Source of the DNA: an uncultured Bacillota bacterium
GTDB lineage: Bacteria; Bacillota_I; Bacilli_A; RF39; UBA660
Length of the DNA: 35,537 bases
NCBI GenBank assembly: GCA_946540075.1
Contig: CAMNHZ010000002.1
Location: 1-35,537, forward strand
Direction of reading: 5' to 3'
The notes under the pieces: generated by a model
What the model was told of the DNA's origin: nothing
Databases searched by the model: none
The model's input: only the letters and a program-made list of their open reading frames with translations
Made by a program: the position numbers and the translations under genes
Shown here: positions 16,196 to 24,377 of the stretch, in pieces
Layout of the letters: each line of letters begins with the position of its first letter
Numbering within the stretch: position 1 is the stretch's first letter

Positions 16196-17371
16196 ATGAA
16201 AATTTTATCAGTAAATGCAGGGTCATCATCATTAAAATTTCAATTATATGAGATGCCAGAAGAAAAAGTATTAATTTCAGGGGTGTTTGAAAGAATTGGT
16301 ATAGATGGTAGTTTGTATACAATTAAAATAGATGGAGAAAAATTTAGAAAAGTTGTTCCATTACCTAATCATGCTGAAGCATTTAGATTATTAACTGAAG
16401 AATTATTAGAAAGAAAAATCGTTGATGATTTAAGTGAAATTCAAGGTGTTGGACATCGTATCGTTCAAGGTGCCGATCTTTATGATAAATCAATAGTAAT
16501 TGATGAAGAAGTACTTAAAAATATTGAAGATTTATCACCACTTGCGCCACTTCATAATCCAGCTCATGCTGTTGGAATAAAAGCTGCTATGGAAGCTATT
16601 CCAAATGCATTACAAGTTGCTGTATTTGATACATCTTTCCATCAAACTATGAAACCAAGTGAATATTTATATGCTTTACCATATGAATGGTATGAGGATT
16701 ATAAAGTTCGTCGTTATGGATTCCATGGTACAAGTCATAAGTATGTATCTATGAAAATGAATGAAATATTAGAAAGAAATGATACAAAATTAATAACTTG
16801 TCATATAGGTAATGGAGGAAGTATAAGTGCTGTACTTAATGGTAAGTGTATCAATACTTCAATGGGATTTACTCCAGCTGCTGGACTTATTATGGGGTCA
16901 CGTGCTGGTGATATTGATTCAACAATTATTCCATATGTAATGGATAAGACTGGAATGAGTATTAACGATATAAATAATGTTTTAAATAAAAAGAGTGGAG
17001 TACTTGCTATAAGTGGTATTAGTAGTGACTTTAGAGATATTGAAGATGCTGCAATTGCAGGTAACGAAAGAAGTATTTTAGCTTGTGAAATGTACGCTAA
17101 TCGTGTAGTTGATTATATTGCTAAGTATTATGTACAACTTGGTGGATGTGATGCTATCGTATTTACTGCTGGTGTTGGAGAAAACTCTCCATTTATGAGA
17201 AAATTAATTATTGATAAATTAGCAGTATTGGGAATTAAACTTGATGAAGAAGCTAATAATGAACGTGGTAAGATAAATAAGATATCTGCTGAAGATTCAA
17301 GTTCTCTTGTTTATGTAATACCTACTGATGAAGAGGTTATGATTGCAAGAGATGTATTAAGTTTGTTATAG
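16196..17371 (+). CDS. ackA: Acetate kinase
   Basis: ILSVNAGSSSLKFQLY, GHRIVQG, RRYGFHGTSH, VFTAGVGENS. SD AGGAGG. Confidence 0.97.
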   Translation: MKILSVNAGSSSLKFQLYEMPEEKVLISGVFERIGIDGSLYTIKIDGEKFRKVVPLPNHAEAFRLLTEELLERKIVDDLSEIQGVGHRIVQGADLYDKSIVIDEEVLKNIEDLSPLAPLHNPAHAVGIKAAMEAIPNALQVAVFDTSFHQTMKPSEYLYALPYEWYEDYKVRRYGFHGTSHKYVSMKMNEILERNDTKLITCHIGNGGSISAVLNGKCINTSMGFTPAAGLIMGSRAGDIDSTIIPYVMDKTGMSINDINNVLNKKSGVLAISGISSDFRDIEDAAIAGNERSILACEMYANRVVDYIAKYYVQLGGCDAIVFTAGVGENSPFMRKLIIDKLAVLGIKLDEEANNERGKINKISAEDSSSLVYVIPTDEEVMIARDVLSLL

Positions 17372-17384
17372 AAAAGAGTATAAT

Positions 17385-18353
17385 ATGGGGAATATGAATT
17401 TTAGAAAAATATATAAGATAATAAAAAAGTATAATACAATAGTTATTGCTCGTCATGTTGGGGCTGATCCTGATGCTTTAGGATCACAAATAGCTTTAAA
17501 AGATATTATAAGAAATACATTTCCCAATAAAAATGTATATGCTGTAGGATATCCTGCTTCTAAGTTTAAATTTATGGGAGAATTGGATAGAGTTAATGAA
17601 GAAGAATTAGAAAATGCATTACTTATATGTGTTGACTTGCCTGATTTAAAAAGATTAGATGGTGCTGATATTGATAAATATGCGTATAGACTTAAAATAG
17701 ATCATCATCCATTTATAGAAAAGTATTGTGATTATGAATGGATTGATGATAAGGCAAGTAGTGCTTCACAAATGATTATAGAATTAGTTAATAACACTAG
17801 ATTGAAGATGACTCCATATGCAGCTGAAAGATTATATATGGGTTTAGTATCTGATACTAATCGTTTCTTATTTGAGTATACAACTCCAAAAACATTTGAT
17901 TTAGTATCAAAACTTATTAAAGAAACAAGAATTAATTTTACTGGATTATATGAAAATATGTATTTAAGACCATTAAAAGAAATAAAGTTTCAAGGATATT
18001 TAGCTAATAATCTTACAGTGACTGATAATGGTTTAGCCTATGTAAAAATAGATGAAGATATGTTAAAAGAATATGATGTTGATACTGCAACTGCAGGTAA
18101 TATGATTAATAATTTTAATTATATAAATGAAATTATTGCTTGGGCATTCTTTACGGAGGATAAGAATAAAGGATTTATTCGTGGATCGATTAGATCTCGT
18201 GGTCCAATTATAAATGAAACTGCTGCCAAATTTGGTGGTGGAGGACATATATATGCTAGTGGTGTAAGATTAAAAAACTTTGATGAAGTTAATGAATTAA
18301 TAAATGCATTAGATAGTGTTTGTAATGATTATAATTCTAATAAAGAAGATTAA
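17385..18353 (+). CDS. nrnA: DHH/DHHA1 phosphoesterase (NrnA-like oligoribonuclease/pAp phosphatase)
   Basis: ARHVGADPDALGS, KIDHHP (DHH), DHHA1 FGGGGHIYASG. The start could also be ATG 17394. Confidence 0.8.
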   Translation: MGNMNFRKIYKIIKKYNTIVIARHVGADPDALGSQIALKDIIRNTFPNKNVYAVGYPASKFKFMGELDRVNEEELENALLICVDLPDLKRLDGADIDKYAYRLKIDHHPFIEKYCDYEWIDDKASSASQMIIELVNNTRLKMTPYAAERLYMGLVSDTNRFLFEYTTPKTFDLVSKLIKETRINFTGLYENMYLRPLKEIKFQGYLANNLTVTDNGLAYVKIDEDMLKEYDVDTATAGNMINNFNYINEIIAWAFFTEDKNKGFIRGSIRSRGPIINETAAKFGGGGHIYASGVRLKNFDEVNELINALDSVCNDYNSNKED

Positions 18354-18366
18354 AAAAATGATATGA

Positions 18367-18397
18367 ATACGTCGATCTTGAATCGATGTATTTTTTT
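18367..18397 (+). terminator. Rho-independent terminator ending the dusB-nrnA operon
   Basis: ATACGTCGAT (18367-18376), loop CTTGA, ATCGATGTAT (18382-18391): 10 bp with one G-U pair, then TTTTTT. Confidence 0.75.
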
Positions 18398-18453
18398 GTT
18401 AAAAAAATTAATGATAAAAGAAATATTGTAAATACTAATTATAGGTGATTATC

Positions 18454-18963
18454 ATGACTTTGATTTTATTATGTTTAAAAATATTTTTTGTAAGAATTAT
18501 TGATGTATCACTTGGAACTATTAGGACAATTATAACAATTAAGGGTAATTCAATTGTTGCAAGTATTATTGGCTTTTTTGAAGTATTAGTATGGTTTTTA
18601 GTAGTAAAGGAAGCACTAAATACAACTCAATCAGGTATTATTATTGCAATATCGTATTCACTTGGTTTTGCGACAGGTACATATATTGGTAGTGTGCTAT
18701 CAGATATATTTATAAATGGAATATATGGTGTTCAAGTGATAACTAGTAATAAAGAATTATTAAATTATTTAAAGGATTCAAAATATGCTGTATCAATCAT
18801 AGATATTTATGGAGCATATGAAATGAAAAGAAAATATATGCTAATAATTGAAGTAAGCAAAAAGAAGGTTAATAATTTACTTAGAATAATAAAAAAATAT
18901 GATTCTAAAGCTTTTACTGTTATAAATGAAACAAAATATGTAATGAATGGTTATTTGAAATAA
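18454..18963 (+). CDS. UPF0316 family membrane protein (DUF2179-type C-terminal domain)
   Basis: Three N-terminal TM helices with the IDVSLGTIRTI motif, plus a C-terminal soluble domain, as in B. subtilis-type UPF0316 proteins. ATG 18454 with SD AGGTGA is preferred over the track's GTG 18445. Confidence 0.7.
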   Translation: MTLILLCLKIFFVRIIDVSLGTIRTIITIKGNSIVASIIGFFEVLVWFLVVKEALNTTQSGIIIAISYSLGFATGTYIGSVLSDIFINGIYGVQVITSNKELLNYLKDSKYAVSIIDIYGAYEMKRKYMLIIEVSKKKVNNLLRIIKKYDSKAFTVINETKYVMNGYLK

Positions 18964-19012
18964 TTCTACATATTTTTTTTTGAAACTTATATAATTTATT
19001 AGAGGTGGAATT

Positions 19013-20173
19013 ATGAAAAGAGTGGTATTTTTTTTAAGTTTAATTTGTGTTTTTTTATTACCACATAGAGTTGATGCTTTGGATAATGTTCTTGCCGAAG
19101 GAGCTAAAAGTTCAATTTTAATTGAAGCAAGTACAGGTAATATTATATATGAGAATAATTCACATGAGAAAAGACCACCAGCATCAATGACTAAAATGAT
19201 GAGTATGTTACTTATTGTTGAAAGTATAGATAAAGGCGATATAAAATGGAATGATATGGTAACTGTAAGTGAGAATGCAGCTAGTATGGGTGGTTCGCAA
19301 ATATTGTTAGAGACAAATGAAAAAATGAGTGTTAGTGATTTATTTAAAGGTATTGCTGTTGCTAGTGGGAATGATGCTGTAGTTGCTATGGCAGAGTATA
19401 TTGCTGGTACTGAAGATAATTTTGTAAAGATGATGAATGAAAAAGCACAACAATTAGGATTAAAAGATACTAGTTTTAAAAATCCTCATGGGTTAGATGC
19501 TGAAGGTCATTATACATCTGCATATGATATGGCAATGATTGCTAAAGAATTAGTAAAACATGAACAGGTATTTAAATATACATCTATTTATGAAGATTAT
19601 CTTAGAAAAGGAACTGATAGAGAAATATGGCTTGTTAATACTAACAAACTTGTAAGATTCTATGATGGAGTGGATGGATTAAAAACTGGATATACAAAAG
19701 AAGCAGGGTATTGTTTGACGGCTACTGCTAAAAAAGATGGTATGCGTTTAATTGCAGTTGTTATGGGGGAAGAGTCTCCTAAAAATAGAAATAAAGATGT
19801 GACTGATATGTTAAACTATGGTTTTAATCAGTATCATGCTGAAGGTGCAATAACTAAAGGAACTGTTTTAGGAAAAATAGAGGTTGAAAAAGGTAAAAAG
19901 AAATATGTTGATGTTATTCCTAAAGAAGATGTATCTATTATAAATAAGAAAAGTTCTAAAAAGAAAAAGGTTTCATATGATTTAAAACTAAATAAGGTTC
20001 ATGCACCTATTAAAAAGAATGCTGTAGTAGGTAAAGCGATAATAATAGTAGATGGTAAGAAAAAGATAAAGGTAGATGTTATTGCAAAAGAGGCTATAGA
20101 AAAAGCTAATTTATGGCAGTTATATACGAGATATTTGGCTGATATATTTAAAGGTGAAATTAATTTTAAATAA
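19013..20173 (+). CDS. Serine-type D-Ala-D-Ala carboxypeptidase (PBP5/DacA-like, peptidase S11)
   Basis: Signal peptide. SxxK = SMTK, SxN = SGN, KTG = KTG. C-terminal PBP5_C-like beta domain. SD AGAGGTGG. Confidence 0.92.
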   Translation: MKRVVFFLSLICVFLLPHRVDALDNVLAEGAKSSILIEASTGNIIYENNSHEKRPPASMTKMMSMLLIVESIDKGDIKWNDMVTVSENAASMGGSQILLETNEKMSVSDLFKGIAVASGNDAVVAMAEYIAGTEDNFVKMMNEKAQQLGLKDTSFKNPHGLDAEGHYTSAYDMAMIAKELVKHEQVFKYTSIYEDYLRKGTDREIWLVNTNKLVRFYDGVDGLKTGYTKEAGYCLTATAKKDGMRLIAVVMGEESPKNRNKDVTDMLNYGFNQYHAEGAITKGTVLGKIEVEKGKKKYVDVIPKEDVSIINKKSSKKKKVSYDLKLNKVHAPIKKNAVVGKAIIIVDGKKKIKVDVIAKEAIEKANLWQLYTRYLADIFKGEINFK

Positions 20174-20182
20174 ATCTTTTAT

Positions 20183-20212
20183 AAAACTATTTGTTATAGA
20201 TAGTTTTTTTTT
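20183..20212 (+). terminator. Weak AT-rich hairpin plus T-run after the carboxypeptidase gene
   Basis: AAAACTAT (20183-20190) pairs with ATAGTTTT (20200-20207), followed by a T-run to 20212. Confidence 0.4.
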
Positions 20213-20267
20213 AATAAAAAAAGGATTTTAAAAATAAATAGGGTAGGATTTATTAGGAGGCAAAGAA

Positions 20268-22127
20268 ATGAAGAATAAATTTAAAATATTATTGATAGTA
20301 TTAATATCATTATTTGTTAGTAATAGTTATGTTATAGCTAAGGAAAATGATACAACTGTTACAATAGATTGGCTTCAAAATATATATGCTAATAGGAAGG
20401 TTGGAAATGGACATATATGGAATCAGCTAGGTATTATTAAAGCTAATGGAAAAGTTAGTTATTGTTTAGAACCTAATCAGTTTATAACGGAGTCTATTTA
20501 TGATTCAACTGATGATTTTAAAGTAAAGGGAATAAATGATAAAGATAAAGAGTATTTAGAGTTATTAGCTTATTATGGTTATAATTATAAAAATCATACT
20601 GATGTAAAGTATTATATGGCTAGTCAAGAATTAATATGGGAGCATGTTTCTTCTTATGATATTTTTTGGACAACAGGTGCTAAAGTTACTGGAGATACGA
20701 TTAATATTGATAGTTACAAAAATGAAATATTAGAGTTAGTTAAAAATCATGATAAAAAACCTTCTTATGATGGTAATAATTATGTAGGAAAAGAAGGCAT
20801 AAATATGTCGCTTAGTGATAATAATAGAGTTATAAATGATTTTGAAGTTAAGAATGACTCTAATGTAAAAATCGATTATGATGATAATAGAATAATAATA
20901 TATGGGAACAAAGTTAGTAATCATGAAGTTATATTAGTTAAAAAGAAGCAAAGTAATGATGTTAGTATTATATATACAAAAGGTAATTCACAGACTATCG
21001 CATCTTTTAATGTATCTAAAGAAGTTATTTCTAAATTTAAATATCGTATAGATCCAATTGATGTTAATTTTAAAGTATATAAGAAGGATAAAAATACTGA
21101 TAGTGTGATTAAAGGAAAGAAGTTTAGTTTTAAAGTTAAAGATTTATCAAATGATAATTATATTGAAAATGGTAAAGTATTTACTACTAATGATGATGGT
21201 TATTTTGAGTTAAATCATTTAGGGAAGGGTAATTATAAAATTATAGAGGTTCAATCAGATGGTGATTATTATTTGAATTCAAATGGTTTATCATTTAAGG
21301 TAGATGGTTTTACTCCCCGTAATAACACTATTAATTTTTATGATGAACCACTAGAATCTAGAATAAACATTAATAAAACTGGAGATGATTTATCTTCGTT
21401 TGAAAATGATGAATTTATATATATAAAAAAATCACTTACAGGTGTAATATATCAAGTATATGCAGAAGAAGATATAAAAAAAGATGATGTTATTTATTAT
21501 AAAAAAGGTGATTTAGTAGATGAAGTAACAACAATAAATGGACAAGCATTAACTAAATTACTTCCAGATGGTAAATATTATGTAATAGAAAAACTGACTA
21601 TTCTAGATTATATTAAAGACGATAATTGTTATGCTATTAGTTTAAATAAAGAAACAAAGAAATTAAATTTTCATAATAATAAAATAAAGGGTAAATTAAC
21701 TATTATAAAATATGGTAGTGATAATAAATTATTATCGAATGTTGTATTTGGACTATATGCTGATTCTGATATTAAGAATAGTGATGGTAATACTATTTTT
21801 AGCAAAGATCAATTAATAAAGAAAGTTATTACTAAGGATGGATATGTAGTAATTGATAATCTTCCTAATGCAAATTATTATATAAAAGAATTAGAAACAA
21901 CAAATGATTATACACTTAATAATAGTAAGTATTCATTTAAAATAGATTTAAATAACAAGGATGTTAAAATAAAAATTATAAATGATAAAAAAGATGATTC
22001 TAGTAAGCATGTATCTTATCCTAAAACATCAGATACTGATAAGGGTTTAAAGAAAATAGTAACGACACTTTTATTTGTTATGTTAATCTCTTATATGTTT
22101 GTAATTGTTACATATGAAAAAGATTAA
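20268..22127 (+). CDS. Secreted surface adhesin: N-terminal thioester-type (TED-like) domain plus SpaA/CnaB-fold repeats and a C-terminal membrane/sorting segment
   Basis: Signal peptide ending VIAKE. Cys66 in SYCLEP (nt 20463-20465), LLAYYGYNY, and Gln120 in ASQELIW (nt 20625-20627) follow the YC...GYP...TQxA(I/V)W layout of Cys-Gln thioester domains. At least two SpaA-like modules are present (FKVYKKDKNTDSVIKGKKF...NYKIIEVQSDGDY and GKLTIIKYGSD...NYYIKELETTNDY). The C-terminus is YPKTSDTDKGLKK plus a 20-aa hydrophobic stretch. SD AGGAGG. Confidence 0.7.
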   Translation: MKNKFKILLIVLISLFVSNSYVIAKENDTTVTIDWLQNIYANRKVGNGHIWNQLGIIKANGKVSYCLEPNQFITESIYDSTDDFKVKGINDKDKEYLELLAYYGYNYKNHTDVKYYMASQELIWEHVSSYDIFWTTGAKVTGDTINIDSYKNEILELVKNHDKKPSYDGNNYVGKEGINMSLSDNNRVINDFEVKNDSNVKIDYDDNRIIIYGNKVSNHEVILVKKKQSNDVSIIYTKGNSQTIASFNVSKEVISKFKYRIDPIDVNFKVYKKDKNTDSVIKGKKFSFKVKDLSNDNYIENGKVFTTNDDGYFELNHLGKGNYKIIEVQSDGDYYLNSNGLSFKVDGFTPRNNTINFYDEPLESRININKTGDDLSSFENDEFIYIKKSLTGVIYQVYAEEDIKKDDVIYYKKGDLVDEVTTINGQALTKLLPDGKYYVIEKLTILDYIKDDNCYAISLNKETKKLNFHNNKIKGKLTIIKYGSDNKLLSNVVFGLYADSDIKNSDGNTIFSKDQLIKKVITKDGYVVIDNLPNANYYIKELETTNDYTLNNSKYSFKIDLNNKDVKIKIINDKKDDSSKHVSYPKTSDTDKGLKKIVTTLLFVMLISYMFVIVTYEKD

Positions 22128-22647
22128 TAATGTTTTTAGAATTATTATATTAGTGTCGTTGGTAATTTTTATAAATATAATAATAGGTTATTATTCTAAA
22201 GAAATAATACATAAAAATAAAGTAAATAGAATTATTTCTGGTATGATAAAAAATAGATATTCTGATATAGATAATGAATATGATGGATATATATATTTCT
22301 ATAAAAATAATAAGAAATTATTAATTAAAAAGGGTAATTATAATAAAGTTTTAAACGATAATAATGTTCTTTTATATAGTGATTATAATAGTTTTAATAG
22401 TCTTAGAGGCGAAGTAGTTTTATTGGGACATAATAATCATTTAGTATTTGGTTTTCTTCATCATATTACTAAGAAAGATATATTTATAGTTAGTAGTTTA
22501 AGTACTAGTAAGAAATATATAGTATATGATGTAAGAGTAATTGATCAAAATAATATGGATTTAATTAATTCAAATAATCAAATAATACTAGTAACTTGTA
22601 CCGATAATGATACTAAAAGATTAATAATTTATGCTAGACAATTGTAA
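22114..22647 (+). CDS. Small membrane-anchored sortase
   Basis: N-terminal TM helix. Catalytic triad spacing is typical of sortases: LLGHNN (His106), ILVTC (Cys162), IIYAR (Arg175). ATG 22114 lies 14 nt inside the adhesin gene; the track's TTG 22105 is an alternative start. Confidence 0.7.
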   Translation: MKKINNVFRIIILVSLVIFINIIIGYYSKEIIHKNKVNRIISGMIKNRYSDIDNEYDGYIYFYKNNKKLLIKKGNYNKVLNDNNVLLYSDYNSFNSLRGEVVLLGHNNHLVFGFLHHITKKDIFIVSSLSTSKKYIVYDVRVIDQNNMDLINSNNQIILVTCTDNDTKRLIIYARQL

Positions 22648-22670
22648 TTTGAATCACTTTATTATATAAT
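22642..22670 (+). promoter_or_regulatory. Possible internal promoter for the glycine-rich protein gene
   Basis: TTGTAA (22642-22647, overlapping the sortase stop), 17 nt, TATAAT (22665-22670). SD AGAGGTG follows. Confidence 0.35.
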
Positions 22671-22695
22671 TAACTTATAATAAAGAGGTGTCGCT

Positions 22696-24087
22696 ATGAA
22701 ACTTAATAATAAGGGGTTTGCTATATCAGGAGTATTATATCCGGTATTTATACTATTTTTAGCATTAGTATTTACGATATTATCGTTACTTGCTAATAGA
22801 AAAATTATTTTTGATAAAACTAGAACTGAAATTATGAGTTTTCTTGATAATCAAGGTGCTAAAAATATGCCTAAAATAACTGTAAAAGGTAAAGAAATAA
22901 CTTTATCTAGTTTAGCGACTGTTCCTAATTATGAATATAATATTTTTGAAGGTGTTAGTGCTACAAAGGCTAATGGTAATCCGATTGATGTATCTAAAAT
23001 AATGTTTTCATCAACACCAGCGTATAATCCAAGACAAACAGGGGATTATGATATCATTTATAAAGTAAAAGATGATAATGGAAATATTGCTACAGCACTT
23101 AGAACAGTGCATGTTGTAGATCCGGTTGAATATGTTTATCAATATACTGGAAGTAAACAGGTATTTATTCCTTCTAAAGCTGGTTTATATTTATTTCAAG
23201 CTTGGGGAGCATCTGGTGCTGATAACGAAGTTAGTGGTGCTGGAGGAAAAGGTGCATATGTATCAGGTATGATAAATATTAGTGAGAATAATATTAAAAC
23301 AAAAGATGCAGATAAAGCTTGGAGATTCTGGGTATATGTAGGTGAAAAAGGAGATAACTACAATAGTAATACCAGAGAAAGAGATTACGTTTTTAATGGT
23401 GGAGGATATGGAAGTAAGACCTGTAAAGAAAGTAGTTATACCGGAGGCGGAGCAAGTGATATTAGATTTATTCCTGATGATTATTTAGACGGTAATAATA
23501 AAGTTATTGAAAAATGGGATTATTTTGAAGGCTTAAAGGCAAGGATTATGGTTGCTGGAGCTGGAGGTTCTGCTGGTTATCAAACTAATGGAGGAGCTGG
23601 AGGCGGTCTATCTAGTAAGAATGCCGCAACATCTGTTAATGGAGCTGGAGGACTAGGAGCTACTCAAGCTTTATCAACTAGTGGCGGAACTTTTGGTCGC
23701 GGTGGTGATTCTGTTGTAGATAATGTAAATAATAATTACTGTACTGATCCAACTTTATCTAATACAAATGGAGCCGGAGGTGGTGGAGGCTACTTCGGTG
23801 GAGGTGGATCTAGATTAGTTGGTTATTCTTATGGAGGAGCTGGAGCTGGAGGTTCTTCATATATTTCTGGATATGAAGGATGTCAAGCTATAACCAGCAA
23901 TAGTACTCAAAATTCACAAAACTTCCAAACAACATCTATTCATTCATCAGGAATTAGTTTTACAAATGGACAGATGATTTCTGGTGAAAATAAGATGCCA
24001 ACACATGATGGTAGAGATACTATGACAGGTAATACCGGTAATGGATATGTAAGAATTGTTTTAATAAGAACAATAGATGAAAAATAA
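22696..24087 (+). CDS. Protein with a pilin-like N-terminal anchor, an Ig-like (DUF5011-type) domain and a glycine-rich domain (ALK/LTK-type Gly_rich); function unknown
   Basis: N-terminus MKLNNKGFAISGVLYPVFILFLALVF. Ig-like segment ITVKGKEITL...GDYDIIYKVKDDNGNIATALRTVHVVD. Glycine-rich domain signature YTGSKQVFIPSKAGLYLFQAWGASGA, GGKGAYVSG, FNGGGYG, GGGASDIRF, RIMVAGAGGSAG, GAGGGGGYFGGGGS, GNGYVRIVL. Confidence 0.65.
   Translation: MKLNNKGFAISGVLYPVFILFLALVFTILSLLANRKIIFDKTRTEIMSFLDNQGAKNMPKITVKGKEITLSSLATVPNYEYNIFEGVSATKANGNPIDVSKIMFSSTPAYNPRQTGDYDIIYKVKDDNGNIATALRTVHVVDPVEYVYQYTGSKQVFIPSKAGLYLFQAWGASGADNEVSGAGGKGAYVSGMINISENNIKTKDADKAWRFWVYVGEKGDNYNSNTRERDYVFNGGGYGSKTCKESSYTGGGASDIRFIPDDYLDGNNKVIEKWDYFEGLKARIMVAGAGGSAGYQTNGGAGGGLSSKNAATSVNGAGGLGATQALSTSGGTFGRGGDSVVDNVNNNYCTDPTLSNTNGAGGGGGYFGGGGSRLVGYSYGGAGAGGSSYISGYEGCQAITSNSTQNSQNFQTTSIHSSGISFTNGQMISGENKMPTHDGRDTMTGNTGNGYVRIVLIRTIDEK
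23557..23852 (+). repeat. Dispersed copies of the 11-mer GGAGCTGGAGG inside the glycine-rich coding region (local GC-rich island)
   Basis: Exact copies at 23557-23567, 23593-23603, 23641-23651 and 23842-23852, the last preceded by an overlapping GGAGCTGGAGCTGGAGG. They encode GAGG-type peptides. Confidence 0.7.
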
Positions 24088-24090
24088 TTA

Positions 24091-24118
24091 TTGAATTTAT
24101 AATAAAATATGTTATAAT
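24091..24118 (+). promoter_or_regulatory. Sigma-A promoter of the valS leader
   Basis: TTGAAT (24091-24096), 16 nt, TGtTATAAT (hexamer 24113-24118). Confidence 0.6.
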
Positions 24119-24124
24119 ACTAAC

Positions 24125-24350
24125 ATGAATTGAAAAACTTTGATAAAGAGGGCTTTATACGATAATTATAGAAAGTTCATGGTTGATGGAAATGAATATT
24201 GGAATATAAAGTTGTAGCTTTGGAGTTTAATATCTGAGTTTAGTAAGATATTACGTTAATCACGTTATGATTTTAAGTTGTACTTAGTACATAAATAAGG
24301 GTGGTACCACGGATACTAATATCACGTCCCTAGCGGATGTGATATTTTTC
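24125..24350 (+). promoter_or_regulatory. T-box riboswitch leader, predicted Val specifier (GUU or GUA)
   Basis: AGAGG box at about 24147-24151. GTTGTA at 24211-24216 in the specifier region (both triplets are Val codons). T-box core AAGGGTGGTACCACGG at 24297-24312. Terminator ATATCACGTCC (24319-24329), loop CTAGC, GGATGTGATAT (24335-24345), then TTTT. Confidence 0.85.
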
Positions 24351-24377
24351 TTTATCAAAAAAAGAAAGGATGATATT

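Noticed and set aside
18063-18248. 61-aa ORF on the - strand
   Set aside because: It is antisense inside the nrnA-like gene.
18980-18995. TTGAAA and TATAAT hexamers upstream of the PBP5-type carboxypeptidase gene
   Set aside because: The two hexamers are only 4 nt apart, which is incompatible with a sigma-A promoter.
20736-20924. 62-aa ORF on the - strand
   Set aside because: It is antisense inside the adhesin gene, giving an Ile/Tyr/Phe-rich AT-driven translation.
23200-23900. Tandem-repeat or CRISPR-like array suggested by recurring GGAGCTGGAGG strings
   Set aside because: The copies are irregularly spaced and lie in one continuous reading frame encoding Gly/Ala runs. This is coding repetition, not an array.
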